A DNA stretch of 63,954 nt, the filler included, from Stramenopiles sp. TOSAG23-2 (Eukaryota), in NCBI GenBank assembly GCA_900128395.1. It is 3 parts of 3 records of this genome, joined end to end, with 100 filler letters (N's around TTAATTAATTAA, not from the genome) between each part and the next. Parts side by side here need not be neighbours in the genome. Positions count along the whole stretch, not along the records: positions 1 to 21,790 come from LT649529.1; positions 21,891 to 43,566 come from LT649530.1; 1 more part is not named here. One strand, 5' to 3'. The position numbers and the translations under genes are program-made. Below are positions 12,178 through 23,924 of the stretch, in pieces (position 1 is the first letter of the stretch; every line of letters starts with the position of its first letter). The notes beneath the pieces were generated by a model. The model was not told the DNA's origin. It made no database searches and saw nothing but the letters and a program-made list of their open reading frames with translations.

Positions 12178-14469
12178 TTACAACTTATCCAACAACTCAT
12201 CATCGACATGATTGACTAATGTTACTTTTAATTTTGGATTTTGTTCCATGGCACGTTTAATAGCAAATTCTGCATTATCATTTCGTGCCCAAGCACGTCT
12301 CGATACACCATTGTTGACATCCCAGAATAACATCGATGCGGCACGTTGACCAGCTTCTTCGGAACCATCTAATACTAATCCAAATCCACCATTCATCACT
12401 TCACCCCAACCAACACCACCACCATTATGAATTGCTACCCATGTTGCACCACGGAATGAATCGCCAATCACATTTTGTACGGCCATATCTGCAGTGAAAC
12501 TACTACCATCACCGATATTTGATGTTTCACGAAATGGACTATCCGTACCACTAACATCATGATGATCACGACTGATAACAACTGGACCTTTTAATTCACC
12601 TTCACCAATTGCGTCATTAAATGCCTTTGCAATCAATGCACGTCCTTCCCCATCTGCATATAATATTCTAGCTTGTGAACCAACAACTAATTTATTTTCC
12701 TCTGCTTGTTGTATCCATTTAATATTATCATCAAGTTGAGCAACAACACGTGGTGGTACACGTGCGCGTATCTCTTTCATTACTTTCTCTGCAATTTTAT
12801 CCGTCATCGTTAAATCAGATGCTAATCCACTTGTACATACCCATCGAAATGGTCCAAATCCTAATGAGAAAATATCACCCATAATATCTTGAACATAACT
12901 TGGATAACGAAATGTTTTCCCATCATTTTCACCTGGTAAACCAACATCTGCACCAGCACGACTTGCTTCTAATAAAAATGAATTGCCATAATCCCAAAAT
13001 TTCATACCCCTTGCAGTTAATGTATTAATAGCAGCAACATGTCGACATAATGATTCTTGTACTAATTTTTTAAACCGTGGTGGATCTGCTACCATTACAC
13101 GTCTAGCCTCGTCAAATGATATTTGTACTGGATAATATCCACCATTATAAGGATTATGTAATGAAGTTTGATCTGAACCTAATTCTACTAGTAATTCTTT
13201 TTCTTCCGCTAATCGTTCCCATAAATCAACTACGTTACCTAAAAATCCAATTGATGTAACGCGTTTTTCTTCTCTTGCATTGACAATACGTTCAATACAA
13301 TCATCTAAACTTTTGGATACTTCTTTGACCCATCCTTGTTCATATCGTTTCATTAATGCATTTTCATCCACTTCAGCAATTACACCAATTGATCCAGCAA
13401 TCATTGCCGCTTTTGCTTGTGCACCAGACATACCACCTAAACCAGCAGTTACAAATACTTTACCAGATAAATCGCCACTACCTAAATATTTACGCCCTGC
13501 ATTTAATACCGTCTGTGTATGTATTTGTATTAATGTGTTTGGATTTTATATCGTGTTGTATAATATTTTCTAAGTGTTAGTATATATATACATACAATGA
13601 GAATTTTATGTTGAAATTTATGTAAAGAGCTATATATAATTATGGATGATGGATAAGAGATACATTTGTGTATATAGGTATATATATATAGTGTGAGTTG
13701 TCTGTGATAACGTCTATTTACATACAATGGTTGTTCCATGAACAATACCTTGTGGTCCAATGTAACAATAACTTCCAGCTGTCATTTGTCCATACATACT
13801 ATTGCCTCTTGCATACATTAATTGTAAATTTTCTTGTGAACTATAATTTGGTATGACCATTCCATTTGTAATAACAACACGTGGTGCATTTGTATTTGAT
13901 GGAAATAATCCCATTGGATGTCCACTATACATTGTTAATGTTTGTTCTTCCGTCATTTCACTTAAATACCTCATAGTTAAATGATATTGTGCCCAATTTT
14001 GAAATACACTACCATTACCACCGTAAGTAATCAATTCATGTGGAAATTGTGCTACGGATGGATCTAAATTATTTTGTATCATCAACATAATTGAAGCAGC
14101 TTGACGTGAACGTGCTGGATATTGTTCAATTGGATATGCTCTCATATCATAATGTGTTGGTCGAAAACGATACATGAAAATATGACCATACGTACGTAAT
14201 TCTTCTGCAAACTCTGGTGCCAATGTGGAATGTAATTCAGCTGGAAAATAACGTAATGCATTACGTATAGCTAATTTAAAATCTGTATCCGATAATTTCA
14301 CTTGAAAGACAGGTGCATGTGGTACACTTGCATCACGTGTTGGTTGTGGTGGTGGTAATGGATTTAACGGGATACCATTTGCTAGTGTGGATAATGGATT
14401 GTTTAACGTGATGGTACCGGAGTTGGTATTGGTATTTGTTGTTGTCTCTGTTGATGTCATTGTTGCCAT
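12178..14469 (-). CDS. UROC1: Urocanate hydratase, long eukaryote (UROC1) type, ~692 aa; intron 13513-13725
   Basis: Motifs ELITYGGNG, YGQMTAGSYCYIGPQGIVHGT, GLGGMSGAQ, SDQTSLHNP, RDHHDVSGTDSPFRET and HNGGGVGWG. The GTATGT...CAG intron restores HGTTI|TVLNAGR. Confidence 0.95.
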
Positions 14470-15546
14470 GTTTCTACTTTTTGTATGGGGCGTTTGATTT
14501 ATCTTGTATATTTATGTTTCTTTATACGAAAAAGCAAAACACTAAAACTCGTATTATTACAATTGTTTCAAAATATGTTATTAATTTCTACAAAAAAAAA
14601 ATGAAGAAATTTTAAAATTTAAAATTTAATAAAAAAAAAATATTGTAAAACTTTTCTTTTCTCTGTCCCTAAAATTGAAAATTCGTATAAAATAATAGTA
14701 TTAGAAACACTTATAATGATATATATAGATATATATATATATATATATATGATATTTGATCAATATATGATATATATATCTTATACGTACACACACAAAC
14801 AGAGTTTCTCGGAACCTTCTATATATAAAATAATCAAATTTTTGTTGGAATCGATCTTCAACTTAGATAAATATCCGATTTAATTATTGTAATATGAGGT
14901 AGTTATTGACATTATTATACGACATAAATTATTATTTTACAATAATAGTTTCTATACCTATTAATACCAATAATCCATAATAGTATATTTCCATAATAGT
15001 CTTAATGGTATTATACTCAATCTGATTGATTTAACCCGTGTTATCATTGATATTTTAACGGGAAGATTTTTTGGTTAAGGTACATGTTGAATATTTTAAT
15101 ATTCAAATATTGATAATATACAAATGGTATGGTAATATACGATTATTACATTTATTCCTTAAGTAAAAATAGTCCAGGTTTGAAGAGATAAGCTATATAT
15201 CTAGAAGTAATACACATTAAAGGCGTATATATACATATAGTGAGTGATCATTGATATATATATATATATATATAATCATTTATCTTGTGTTTTAGTAAGT
15301 ATCCATACAGTATTGAACAACCGGAAAAGTTATAATATAGTTTGAACGAACGGGAAAAATAATAATAATAATTAATAATTGTAAATTATTTTAAATTTTG
15401 AATATTTTAATAATCTTGCAGTTTTTTTTGTTTTTTTTCTCAATTTGAAGATAAACATTTATATATAGCATACACGTATTATTTTGGATAATACAATATA
15501 TCAAACCAAAACAAGCCAAAGCAAACAACAAATAAACACATTCAAA

Positions 15547-16827
15547 ATGCCACATCCAACATTATTTATTCATAATATCTCATCGTTATATACATTGAAT
15601 CCAAAATATATCACAGGAACAAATCCACTTGGATTATTAAAAAATACATCTATTGGTTTTGTAAATGATAAAATATCATTTATTGGTGATGCAACCTCAT
15701 CTGAAGCAATTGAAGGTAAAAATGTTGCTGCTATTGTTATTGATGGAACTGGGTTTATTGGTTTGCCAGGTCTTGTAGATTGCCATACACATACAGTATG
15801 GGCAGGTTCAAGAGCAGATGAGTTTGCAAGACGTTTAGCTGGTGAAAAATATGCAGATATAGCAAAAGCTGGTGGTGGTATTTTATCCACTGTTGAACAT
15901 ACACGAAATGCAACATTAAATGAATTAGTAACAAATGCAAAAAGTCGTATACAAAACATGGTACGTAAAGGTGTTACAACGGTTGAAATTAAATCGGGAT
16001 ATGGTTTATCACCTGATGCAGAAGCAAAAATGTTACGTGCCGCAAAAGAATGCAATGATACAGCACGTATTGTGACTACGTTTCTTGGTGCACATGCATT
16101 ACCAAAAGAATTTCGTGATAATCGTAAAGGATATGTACAACAAGTGATTAATGATCAATTACCTATAATACAAAAATATGAATTAGCTGATAATATCGAT
16201 GTATTTTGCGATTCTATTGGATTTACATTGGAAGAAGCAAAGGATATATTAACTGCTGGGCAACGTGCCGGTATGAAAGTCAAAGCACATGCTGAACAAA
16301 TACAACATACTGGTTGTACCTCATTAGTATCTGAATTAAATGGTATTAGTGCGGATCATTTAGAACGTGTTAAATTAGAGGATGTAAAAAATATGGCAGC
16401 TAAAAATGTTGTTGCTGTATGTTTACCAGGTGCACAAATGTATTTACATGATACGAGTCCGCCGGTTCAATTATTCCGTGAAAACAATGTAAAAATGGCA
16501 GTTGCAACGGATTTGAATCCAGGTAGCAGTCCTGTACATGATTTATTCACCTCTGCAACATTAGCATGTGTATTACAAAGCATGACGATTGTAGAAGCAG
16601 TGGAAGGTATTACAAAAAATGCTGGACTTGCATTAGGACGTAATGATTTAGGATGGCTTGGTATTGATGGTGCAAGTGTAGGTGATATGATCTTATGCAA
16701 AGCTATGGAAGGTGATCCACCCACCGTTGAAAGTTTAATACAAAATATTGGTGGGCATGATTTAGTCACTACGATACGGGATGGTGAAGTGATTTATAAT
16801 AATATGCGTTATGGTAAGACAAGTTGA
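15547..16827 (+). CDS. hutI: Imidazolonepropionase (amidohydrolase), bacterial-type
   Basis: Motifs DCHTH, GGGILSTV, TTVEIKSGYGL, FLGAHA, HAEQ, SADHLE and ATDLNPGSSP. Intronless, ATG at 15547. Confidence 0.93.
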   Translation: MPHPTLFIHNISSLYTLNPKYITGTNPLGLLKNTSIGFVNDKISFIGDATSSEAIEGKNVAAIVIDGTGFIGLPGLVDCHTHTVWAGSRADEFARRLAGEKYADIAKAGGGILSTVEHTRNATLNELVTNAKSRIQNMVRKGVTTVEIKSGYGLSPDAEAKMLRAAKECNDTARIVTTFLGAHALPKEFRDNRKGYVQQVINDQLPIIQKYELADNIDVFCDSIGFTLEEAKDILTAGQRAGMKVKAHAEQIQHTGCTSLVSELNGISADHLERVKLEDVKNMAAKNVVAVCLPGAQMYLHDTSPPVQLFRENNVKMAVATDLNPGSSPVHDLFTSATLACVLQSMTIVEAVEGITKNAGLALGRNDLGWLGIDGASVGDMILCKAMEGDPPTVESLIQNIGGHDLVTTIRDGEVIYNNMRYGKTS

Positions 16828-17522
16828 AGTGTAATATATGCGATGTATATTAATGATGGTTACATGTATATTATATATATATGTCTAGTGATGTTCACAT
16901 CTCGTCCCTGACGAAAGGTATGAATATAGAAAAAAGTTTTATTATCTTAGTAAAAATGCATGATAAATGGTATAGAGACAACACAAATGGAATCTAAATA
17001 ATTTTCATCTCCTCCCTTTTGTGCTCTGAAATTCTATATAAAAACATGGTGTGCGTGCATTGCAACTTCTTGCGTGTATGTGTGTAGACTATATACGTGT
17101 GTGCGCCGTGTGAATTTTTTTACAAAATATTGTTGTTGTTTTTTAAAATATATATTTAAGTACATACATTGGTACACTAGAATACTCCTATCAATCAAAT
17201 AGGAATACTTAGTATACCGGTATGTATACTTAATCATATATCATTTGTAAATTTGTATAAATCCTATAAATCCTATAAATCTATAATATATAGATATAGA
17301 TATAGATATAGATGTGCAAGATGTGCAAGCCTTAGGGCAAGATGCATTTGTAAAGTGTAAAAAGTGTATTTTGTTAGTTGTTAGTTGTTAATCTAGAAAA
17401 TAAAACATCAAAAAGGGTCCACTTATCATCTTGCTTGACAGAGATTAATTATCGTCTGCTGAAAAATAACGATATATATATTTATCTTGTTGGGGCCACA
17501 GTGTGTGATAATAAAAAAAAAG

Positions 17523-17959
17523 ATGAAAATATCATGTTTATTTGTATATATATTGTTCATAATATTATTGTTGATAATCAATTGCCATGCAGAATGTGGA
17601 AACAACGTATGTGAGAAAGATAAAGGTAAGTGAAACTAAATGCGTTAATCGATCAAACTAATCATTATCCATTCCTAACAAATTCGTCTATATTAAAACA
17701 TCAACAGGTGAAGATTGGAATAGTAAGTGTAAAAATCAGTTATTTAAATATAATATAAATATAAATACAGTTTCTAACAATATATAAAAATATATATCAA
17801 AACACATTCGATGAATATTTAGATTGTTCCCATGATTGCTGCAAGACGGATCATTGCGATTGCGATCATGCAAACCCAGGGGAAGGTGCATTAGGAAACA
17901 ATTGTGCACATAAAGATCCACCAGAAACACCTGGAACGGGTGGAAAGATCTACAATTAA
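17523..17959 (+). CDS. Small secreted cysteine-rich peptide (84 aa); exons 17523-17625, 17708-17722, 17823-17959
   Basis: Two GTAAGT...CTAAC...YAG introns. Spliced product: MKISCLFVYILFIILLLIINCHA-ECGNNVCEKDKGEDWNNCSHDCCKTDHCDCDHANPGEGALGNNCAHKDPPETPGTGGKIYN*. Confidence 0.8.
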
Positions 17960-18850
17960 AATATTTTCATCATGATACCATTTCCTCATATCCCCATTGA
18001 CATATTTAAATATACCAAAATCACCATCTTCTTTTAAATTTAATGATTCTTTGATTGCTACACATAAATGTTTTATAGACATGTGTAAATTTACATTAAA
18101 TGTTTCATGTGACCCATCATAACCAATATAAACTTTAATGGTTGCAACTATATCGTTTTGTACATGATTTTTTGTATTGATTTTACCAGTGCTACTGTTA
18201 CAACGCCGAATATGCTTTAAACGTGGATTGCGATTTATACTTTTTGCTTCATTATCGTTATTAGAGTTTAATAATTGCAATTTAGAAATTTTCATCACGC
18301 CACTTTTACTTGAATGCATATTAATGCGTGTTCCATTATCCGTTTTTTTAAATTGTTTGACCCAAAATTCTTCGCGTTGATATATTTCTGATTTACGCGA
18401 TAAGATTGTTTGATTGTTGTTGTTACCATTCTTTCCAATTGCAACGGTTGATTGATTATCGTTTGTTCTAGCTGCAATGGATGAAATACCTTCATATATT
18501 TCAGCTAATGCTTCATTTGTATCATGTGCTAATGATGAAATAATACAAAGAAATTCTTCAAAATTAATCAATCCATTGCCATCTACATCATATGATGTTA
18601 ACATATCTTCCATTTTACTTTGATCGATTTCCATGGATTTAAAACCATTCAATTCATTCAACAACGCAATTGTCATTCCATTTGTTAATTCACGTGTTTT
18701 ATTATTATTATTGTTATTATTATCTTTATGAGTTCCATCCTTCATTTTGTCATAATATTTTATAAATAAATATTGTAAATATTTTAATTCATTTTGTGTA
18801 AACAATTGCAATATGTGTTGTGGTACATTGTTTGTAAGTTTATTATCCAT
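17891..18850 (-). CDS. EF-hand protein with possible ubiquitin-like (RA/FERM-type) segment; 3' end uncertain
   Basis: Canonical EF loop DVDGNGLINFEE. TIKVYIGYDGSHETFNV...LNLKEDGDFGIF resembles a beta-grasp fold. The last ~23 codons overlap the opposite-strand peptide gene. Confidence 0.65.
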   Translation of the reverse strand: MDNKLTNNVPQHILQLFTQNELKYLQYLFIKYYDKMKDGTHKDNNNNNNNKTRELTNGMTIALLNELNGFKSMEIDQSKMEDMLTSYDVDGNGLINFEEFLCIISSLAHDTNEALAEIYEGISSIAARTNDNQSTVAIGKNGNNNNQTILSRKSEIYQREEFWVKQFKKTDNGTRINMHSSKSGVMKISKLQLLNSNNDNEAKSINRNPRLKHIRRCNSSTGKINTKNHVQNDIVATIKVYIGYDGSHETFNVNLHMSIKHLCVAIKESLNLKEDGDFGIFKYVNGDMRKWYHDENILIVDLSTRSRCFWWIFMCTIVS

Positions 18851-19457
18851 CGTTGTTGTTGATGTTGTTGTGTGATTTGTTTGTTTTGTATTTGTTTTGT
18901 TTGTTTTTTACATTTTACATTTTTCTATTTTTATATATATATATGTATTATATAACGACATATTTCATTGGAATTGGGCTGGAAATGGACTGAAATATGC
19001 ACTTTATTAGCACCAGAACCATGACAGGAAGCATGTACTGTAGTATCAAAACATGAAAGAGAGAGACGAGCGAGTACAGAGCTTTGGCAATGAGGATGAT
19101 GCGAAAGGGATGATGATGAGATGCGAAATGACAACCATGGCGGCAAGCTTTTGCTAGAATGAAAAGATGACAAAGAAAGTTTAAATGACTTTTATACCCG
19201 GTGATATGTGTGCGTTTCTGAAAAGTGTTTCTATGTTTTTGTAAATACACATGGAGTAAAATTTGCAAATATAAATGTGTTTTTTATTTAAATATAAAAA
19301 TATGTGTTTGTGTAAACATACACACTCAAAATAACTTTTTAATCTGGACATGCATGATCACAAATACGACTTGGCAAATATGAAGCTGGAAGTAGCTAAA
19401 ACATCATGAACACACACACCACTCCCACCAACATCCAGAAACGACAACATCCCATCA

Positions 19458-20699
19458 TCACAAAAAGGAAACGATTTCATCATGATTAATGTCCATATTG
19501 TCTAAACATTCATACATGATCTTTGCTAATCTATAACCAGTTGGGCGCGTGCCGTCTTTAATACCATTTGATAATCGATTCCGTACAAAACCAATGCCTA
19601 ATTTATAATCATAATCCCCAAAACCAACATGTCCACCACGACCACCATGTCCAAATGTCTTATCACGCCCTTGTGTATTAATAGTAAACCCTAAACTTCG
19701 ATTGCCTTGTCCTTTCATTTCACAATGTTTAGTTATAGTTGCATCTTTTAAATCATTTTTTGATATAATATTCTTTTCAACTATTTCACCATTTGATATT
19801 TTTGAATACAACGATGCCATGCCTTTTGCACTGCACCATCCACCACTTGCTGGGTATAGAACGGTTTGAAATTCCTTACTATTCAATGCAGCAACTGGTC
19901 GTTGTGGATTAATTGCTGTTAATTTTGCTAATGCTTGTTGATCACCATTATCCGCTTTCATGACTAACTCATTCACTGTTTCAATATATGTATTTTCATC
20001 ACCTTTGAATTGATAAAAATCATTATCATTATGCCAAAACATTTCTGCACATCGTTCCTGTGGTGGATGAGAGATCATAATATCATCACTAATCCCAAAT
20101 TTATCAGTAATTTCTTCTTTGAATATCTCACCTACATTTCTACCTTTACCATCAGCTAATTGACATACGTTTCCGACTAAATGTCCAAATGTAAATGCAT
20201 GATACCTCGATGCAGATCCTGGTGGCCAAAATGGTTTTCCAGATGCTAATGAATTACAAATCGTGTCCCACTCATTTTCACGGTTACATTTATATATTGG
20301 AACACGTATGGTAGAACAACCAGATTCATGGCATAATAATTGTTTCACTGTAATCTGTTCTTTTCCATTTTGTTCAAACCCTTTCCAATATTTACAAACC
20401 GGTGCATCCATCTCTAATAATTTTTTACTTCGTAAATGCGATGCTACAATGCTAGTCCACCCTTTGGTGCAAGAATATACCCCAGCTAATGTGTTGTCAT
20501 TCCATTTCTTTGTACATTTTTGATCTTGAAAACCACCATATAAATTAACGACGATTTTATTGTTCATGATGATACATAATGCAACACCACATTCATTAGT
20601 ATATTTCTCCTTCTCATTCTCTGGCACGTTTAATGAATTACTTAATTCGTTTTTTAAAGGTAAAAATTCAGTCTTGCAAGTGCCATGTAATTCAATCAT
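19458..20699 (-). CDS. Beta-lactamase-fold serine hydrolase (family VIII esterase-like)
   Basis: SxxK motif (YSCTKG), LLCHESG, YHAFTFG and FGHGGRGG. Confidence 0.85.
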   Translation of the reverse strand: MIELHGTCKTEFLPLKNELSNSLNVPENEKEKYTNECGVALCIIMNNKIVVNLYGGFQDQKCTKKWNDNTLAGVYSCTKGWTSIVASHLRSKKLLEMDAPVCKYWKGFEQNGKEQITVKQLLCHESGCSTIRVPIYKCNRENEWDTICNSLASGKPFWPPGSASRYHAFTFGHLVGNVCQLADGKGRNVGEIFKEEITDKFGISDDIMISHPPQERCAEMFWHNDNDFYQFKGDENTYIETVNELVMKADNGDQQALAKLTAINPQRPVAALNSKEFQTVLYPASGGWCSAKGMASLYSKISNGEIVEKNIISKNDLKDATITKHCEMKGQGNRSLGFTINTQGRDKTFGHGGRGGHVGFGDYDYKLGIGFVRNRLSNGIKDGTRPTGYRLAKIMYECLDNMDINHDEIVSFL

Positions 20700-21309
20700 A
20701 TTATAATTTTAAATAATTATATTATAAAAATGAGAGTTTTATAATATAATTTAATGATGAATTTTTTAGTTGTTTACTTTTTAAGAAAATTAAATGTATA
20801 TATATATATTATTCTTTCTTGTGGTATTAATATACCTCTGTGATTGTGGTGGGGGGTTAAAATATGTGTTATAAATTGATATAATACGTGTTGTGTTTGA
20901 ATTTTTCCAAAAATAATTTGTTGTTTTGTTATTTTTTTCATGTTTGTTTGATGATGAAGGCCAGGTGTAAGACGTAAAAAAGGACGACCGGTAAAAGGAG
21001 GAACTTTCACGACTTCGTACATTCAATGTCCCCTGTTGTTCATAAAAGAGGGAATTAAAAAGAAGAAGAAAAGGAAAACAGTCACTCGTTACTCGTATGC
21101 TTCGTACAGTAAATATTAATACAAAGATTAAGGATACTCTCTAGATAAAAAAGAGATTGTAGAGAGATGTATGATACATGCGTACGGATGAATAGATATA
21201 AAATATTAAATCTTAACATACAAACACAAACACGGTTGCACATCAATGACTTCTTTTTATATACGCGCGTGCATTATGTGCCACATCTGTATTGGAGTTT
21301 TTGTTAATT

Positions 21310-21790
21310 TTACACTGCTAATTGATTTTTACATCTTTGTATCATTCTTATAGCATCTTTTGTGTCTTGATGATCATCACCGAATTTATCTTTCCATATA
21401 TTGTAAGACTTGTTGTAACATTCTAATGCTTCTTTGTATTTGGATTGATTGTAATATAAGTTACCAATGTTATAATATGTATCTGCAACATCAGTATGAT
21501 CTTTACCTAATTTATTTATACGAATATCTAATGATTTATTATAATATTCCAATGCTTTATCATATTTATTTTGTGAATAATAAACTGCTCCTATATTATT
21601 ATATGATCCTGCAACATCAGTATGATCTTTACCTAATTTATTTATACGAATATCTAATCCTTTATTATAATATTCTAATGCTTTATCATATTCAGCCTTA
21701 TCATAATAAACAACTCCAATTTTATGATACGAATCACCAACATCAACATGACCTTCATCCAATACTTTCAAACGTATCTTTAAACTTTTC
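21310..21790 (-). CDS. C-terminal part of a paralogous 42-aa TPR-array protein (5'-partial at contig end)
   Basis: Same repeat consensus as the gene at 1-520, ending in a capping helix (DDHQDTKDAIRMIQRCKNQLAV*). Confidence 0.85.
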
Positions 21791-21890
21791 NNNNNNNNNN
21801 NNNNNNNNNNNNNNNNNNNNNNNNNNNNNNNNNNTTAATTAATTAANNNNNNNNNNNNNNNNNNNNNNNNNNNNNNNNNNNNNNNNNNNN
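21791..21890. other. Artificial contig linker
   Basis: N44-TTAATTAATTAA-N44, which puts stops in all six frames. Confidence 0.98.
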
Positions 21891-22111
21891 AATTGGAAAA
21901 CGTACATCATAGGAAGGCGGAGAATAAATTGTACCAGGGTACATATATATATATTATATTATATAAAAAATAAATAAGAGAATTAATTTTATATATAAAA
22001 ATACCAACGAGATACGAAGTATTTATATATCACATATTAATGTTTTTAAAAGTCTACTCTCTCAATATATATAAAAATATACTAGTGTATATATTTTTAT
22101 TACTTTTTTTT

Positions 22112-23089
22112 TTAAAAAGTGCGAAAACCTTTCTTTTTATCTCCAACCCATTTGTCTTTTGCAAATTCACGATACATTGATCTTGCTTTGTAACTTGGTT
22201 CAACATATGGTCCAGTGGATAGCGAATTACGTCTAGGACTTTTTCTAAATGCAAATGGTATATCATTCATGTCTTCTTCAGCTGTAACAACACCACCAAA
22301 TCTAGATGCGGCAGTCTCTATATCTTGTCTTTTACTTTCATTGATTAATTTTTTCAGCTTTACCTCACTATCTAATTTTTTGATCCGTCTTCGGTTCATT
22401 AATTGATGATAATCACGACGATTTAACACAAGCTGAAAACTAAAAGAGTCCCCTTCCTGCAATTGGTATTCTGAAGCATTTGCATGAGGAAATGCAATAC
22501 CCTTATTTACCTTTGTTTCCCAACCGTAAATTGAAGCTTTTCTAGTTCTCTTTGCTTTCTTCTTTGCATTTCTAGTCGGTATTGGTATTCTTCTTTCTCT
22601 CTCCAATGTTTGTGAAGCATATTCTTCCCGTGCAGCATCTACTAAAGCTAGTTCATCTGCTGTTTGTCCCATAGACTGCTGCATATTATCGTATATCATA
22701 TTAGAATCTTCTTGGCTATAAGTTGTTTTTTCATTATTTTGTCTTAAGTTAGTATTCCTCATCGAGGTGTTATTTATTTGATCTATGTTTTGTGATACAT
22801 TATTATCATCATCTTGTGCTATTTTTGTTGGACTACTATTTTTACTTTGCAAAACCTTGCGCAAACGGCGGCATTGTTTTTGGAACAATACAATCCTAGT
22901 ATCAGTATCATTATCCTGTATGAATTCTTCAAGTCTATCTATTTCTTTAGCTATTTCACCACACATGTACTCTACCGTTGCCCTTTCTCCCTCTCTAGAA
23001 GCATCATTAAAAGTTTGTATTATTCCGCTCACTTGTTGTTCATATGGTGGACCTAATTTTAACTTGAGTTTTTTCCAATCTATAGGCAT
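22112..23089 (-). CDS. Hypothetical protein, 325 aa
   Basis: Long ORF with ATG start in AT-rich DNA. No family recognised. Confidence 0.7.
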   Translation of the reverse strand: MPIDWKKLKLKLGPPYEQQVSGIIQTFNDASREGERATVEYMCGEIAKEIDRLEEFIQDNDTDTRIVLFQKQCRRLRKVLQSKNSSPTKIAQDDDNNVSQNIDQINNTSMRNTNLRQNNEKTTYSQEDSNMIYDNMQQSMGQTADELALVDAAREEYASQTLERERRIPIPTRNAKKKAKRTRKASIYGWETKVNKGIAFPHANASEYQLQEGDSFSFQLVLNRRDYHQLMNRRRIKKLDSEVKLKKLINESKRQDIETAASRFGGVVTAEEDMNDIPFAFRKSPRRNSLSTGPYVEPSYKARSMYREFAKDKWVGDKKKGFRTF

Positions 23090-23924
23090 CTTAATTTCTC
23101 TCTTTTATGTTAACGAAGATTCTTGTATATATATGCTAGTTGTTTTATATTGTCTGCTTTTACGTTTCGTCTTTGCATTGCAGGTGTATGTATACATATT
23201 TATTATTGTTATTGCCATTATTATTATTATTTAGAATAACTAGGATTGCTAGCTAACCACCAGGCTAACTGGCTAACCAGCTAACCAGCTAACTGGCTAA
23301 CAGCATTTTTTTTACTCTAGAGCTACTGCTGCGATGCTGCGATCAAGAATTTCCAAAAGAAACACTGCTACAGACGATTCGGTATTCGGTAGTGCTATGT
23401 TCATTTTATATTAAACCTTAAAACTACAGCCTTTTTTTTATTCGTTCAAATTTGGTTATTATAGGCACAGTAAAGGAAATGTGGCTGCCTGTGTGTTTAA
23501 GTTGATAAAGGTTGCAAAGAAACAAATGAAAACTGAAAACTAATAGCAAATCTAACTAATGTCAGAATACAAAAGACTTTGTATTATACCAAAAGTTCAT
23601 CAAGTTAAACTTAAAGTCAGAAATATCGAAGGTTGTACCTGACCAGCTGCTGGTCTGCTTAGTGCATACCAGCAGGGCATACCGACCTGTAATAATAATA
23701 ATACCAGGTACTACTAAATAATTGACATCGAGGACAACAATCTAAATCCACAGGTGAAAAAAGTGAACAAGAAGAGTAATAAGATAAAGTGAAAGAAAGA
23801 AACGGAGCAACATCGTCCTAAATATTTATATCTATATATTTATATCCAAGCGTGTAACGTTTTTGAATTGAAAGACACACCTGGGCATATATATATATAT
23901 ATATACATATTTATTTATACAACC

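Noticed and set aside
12178-16827. Complete bacterial hut operon
   Set aside because: Only two genes are present, they are divergent, one has a spliceosomal intron, and there is no hutH, hutG or hutC in the window.
1-21790. Circular molecule suggested by TPR repeats at both ends
   Set aside because: Both ends contain the same junction repeat with different residues, so they are paralogs rather than two halves of one gene.
21835-21846. TTAATTAATTAA palindrome inside N runs (also 43611-43622)
   Set aside because: Synthetic six-frame-stop linker, so no cross-contig gene clusters were inferred.
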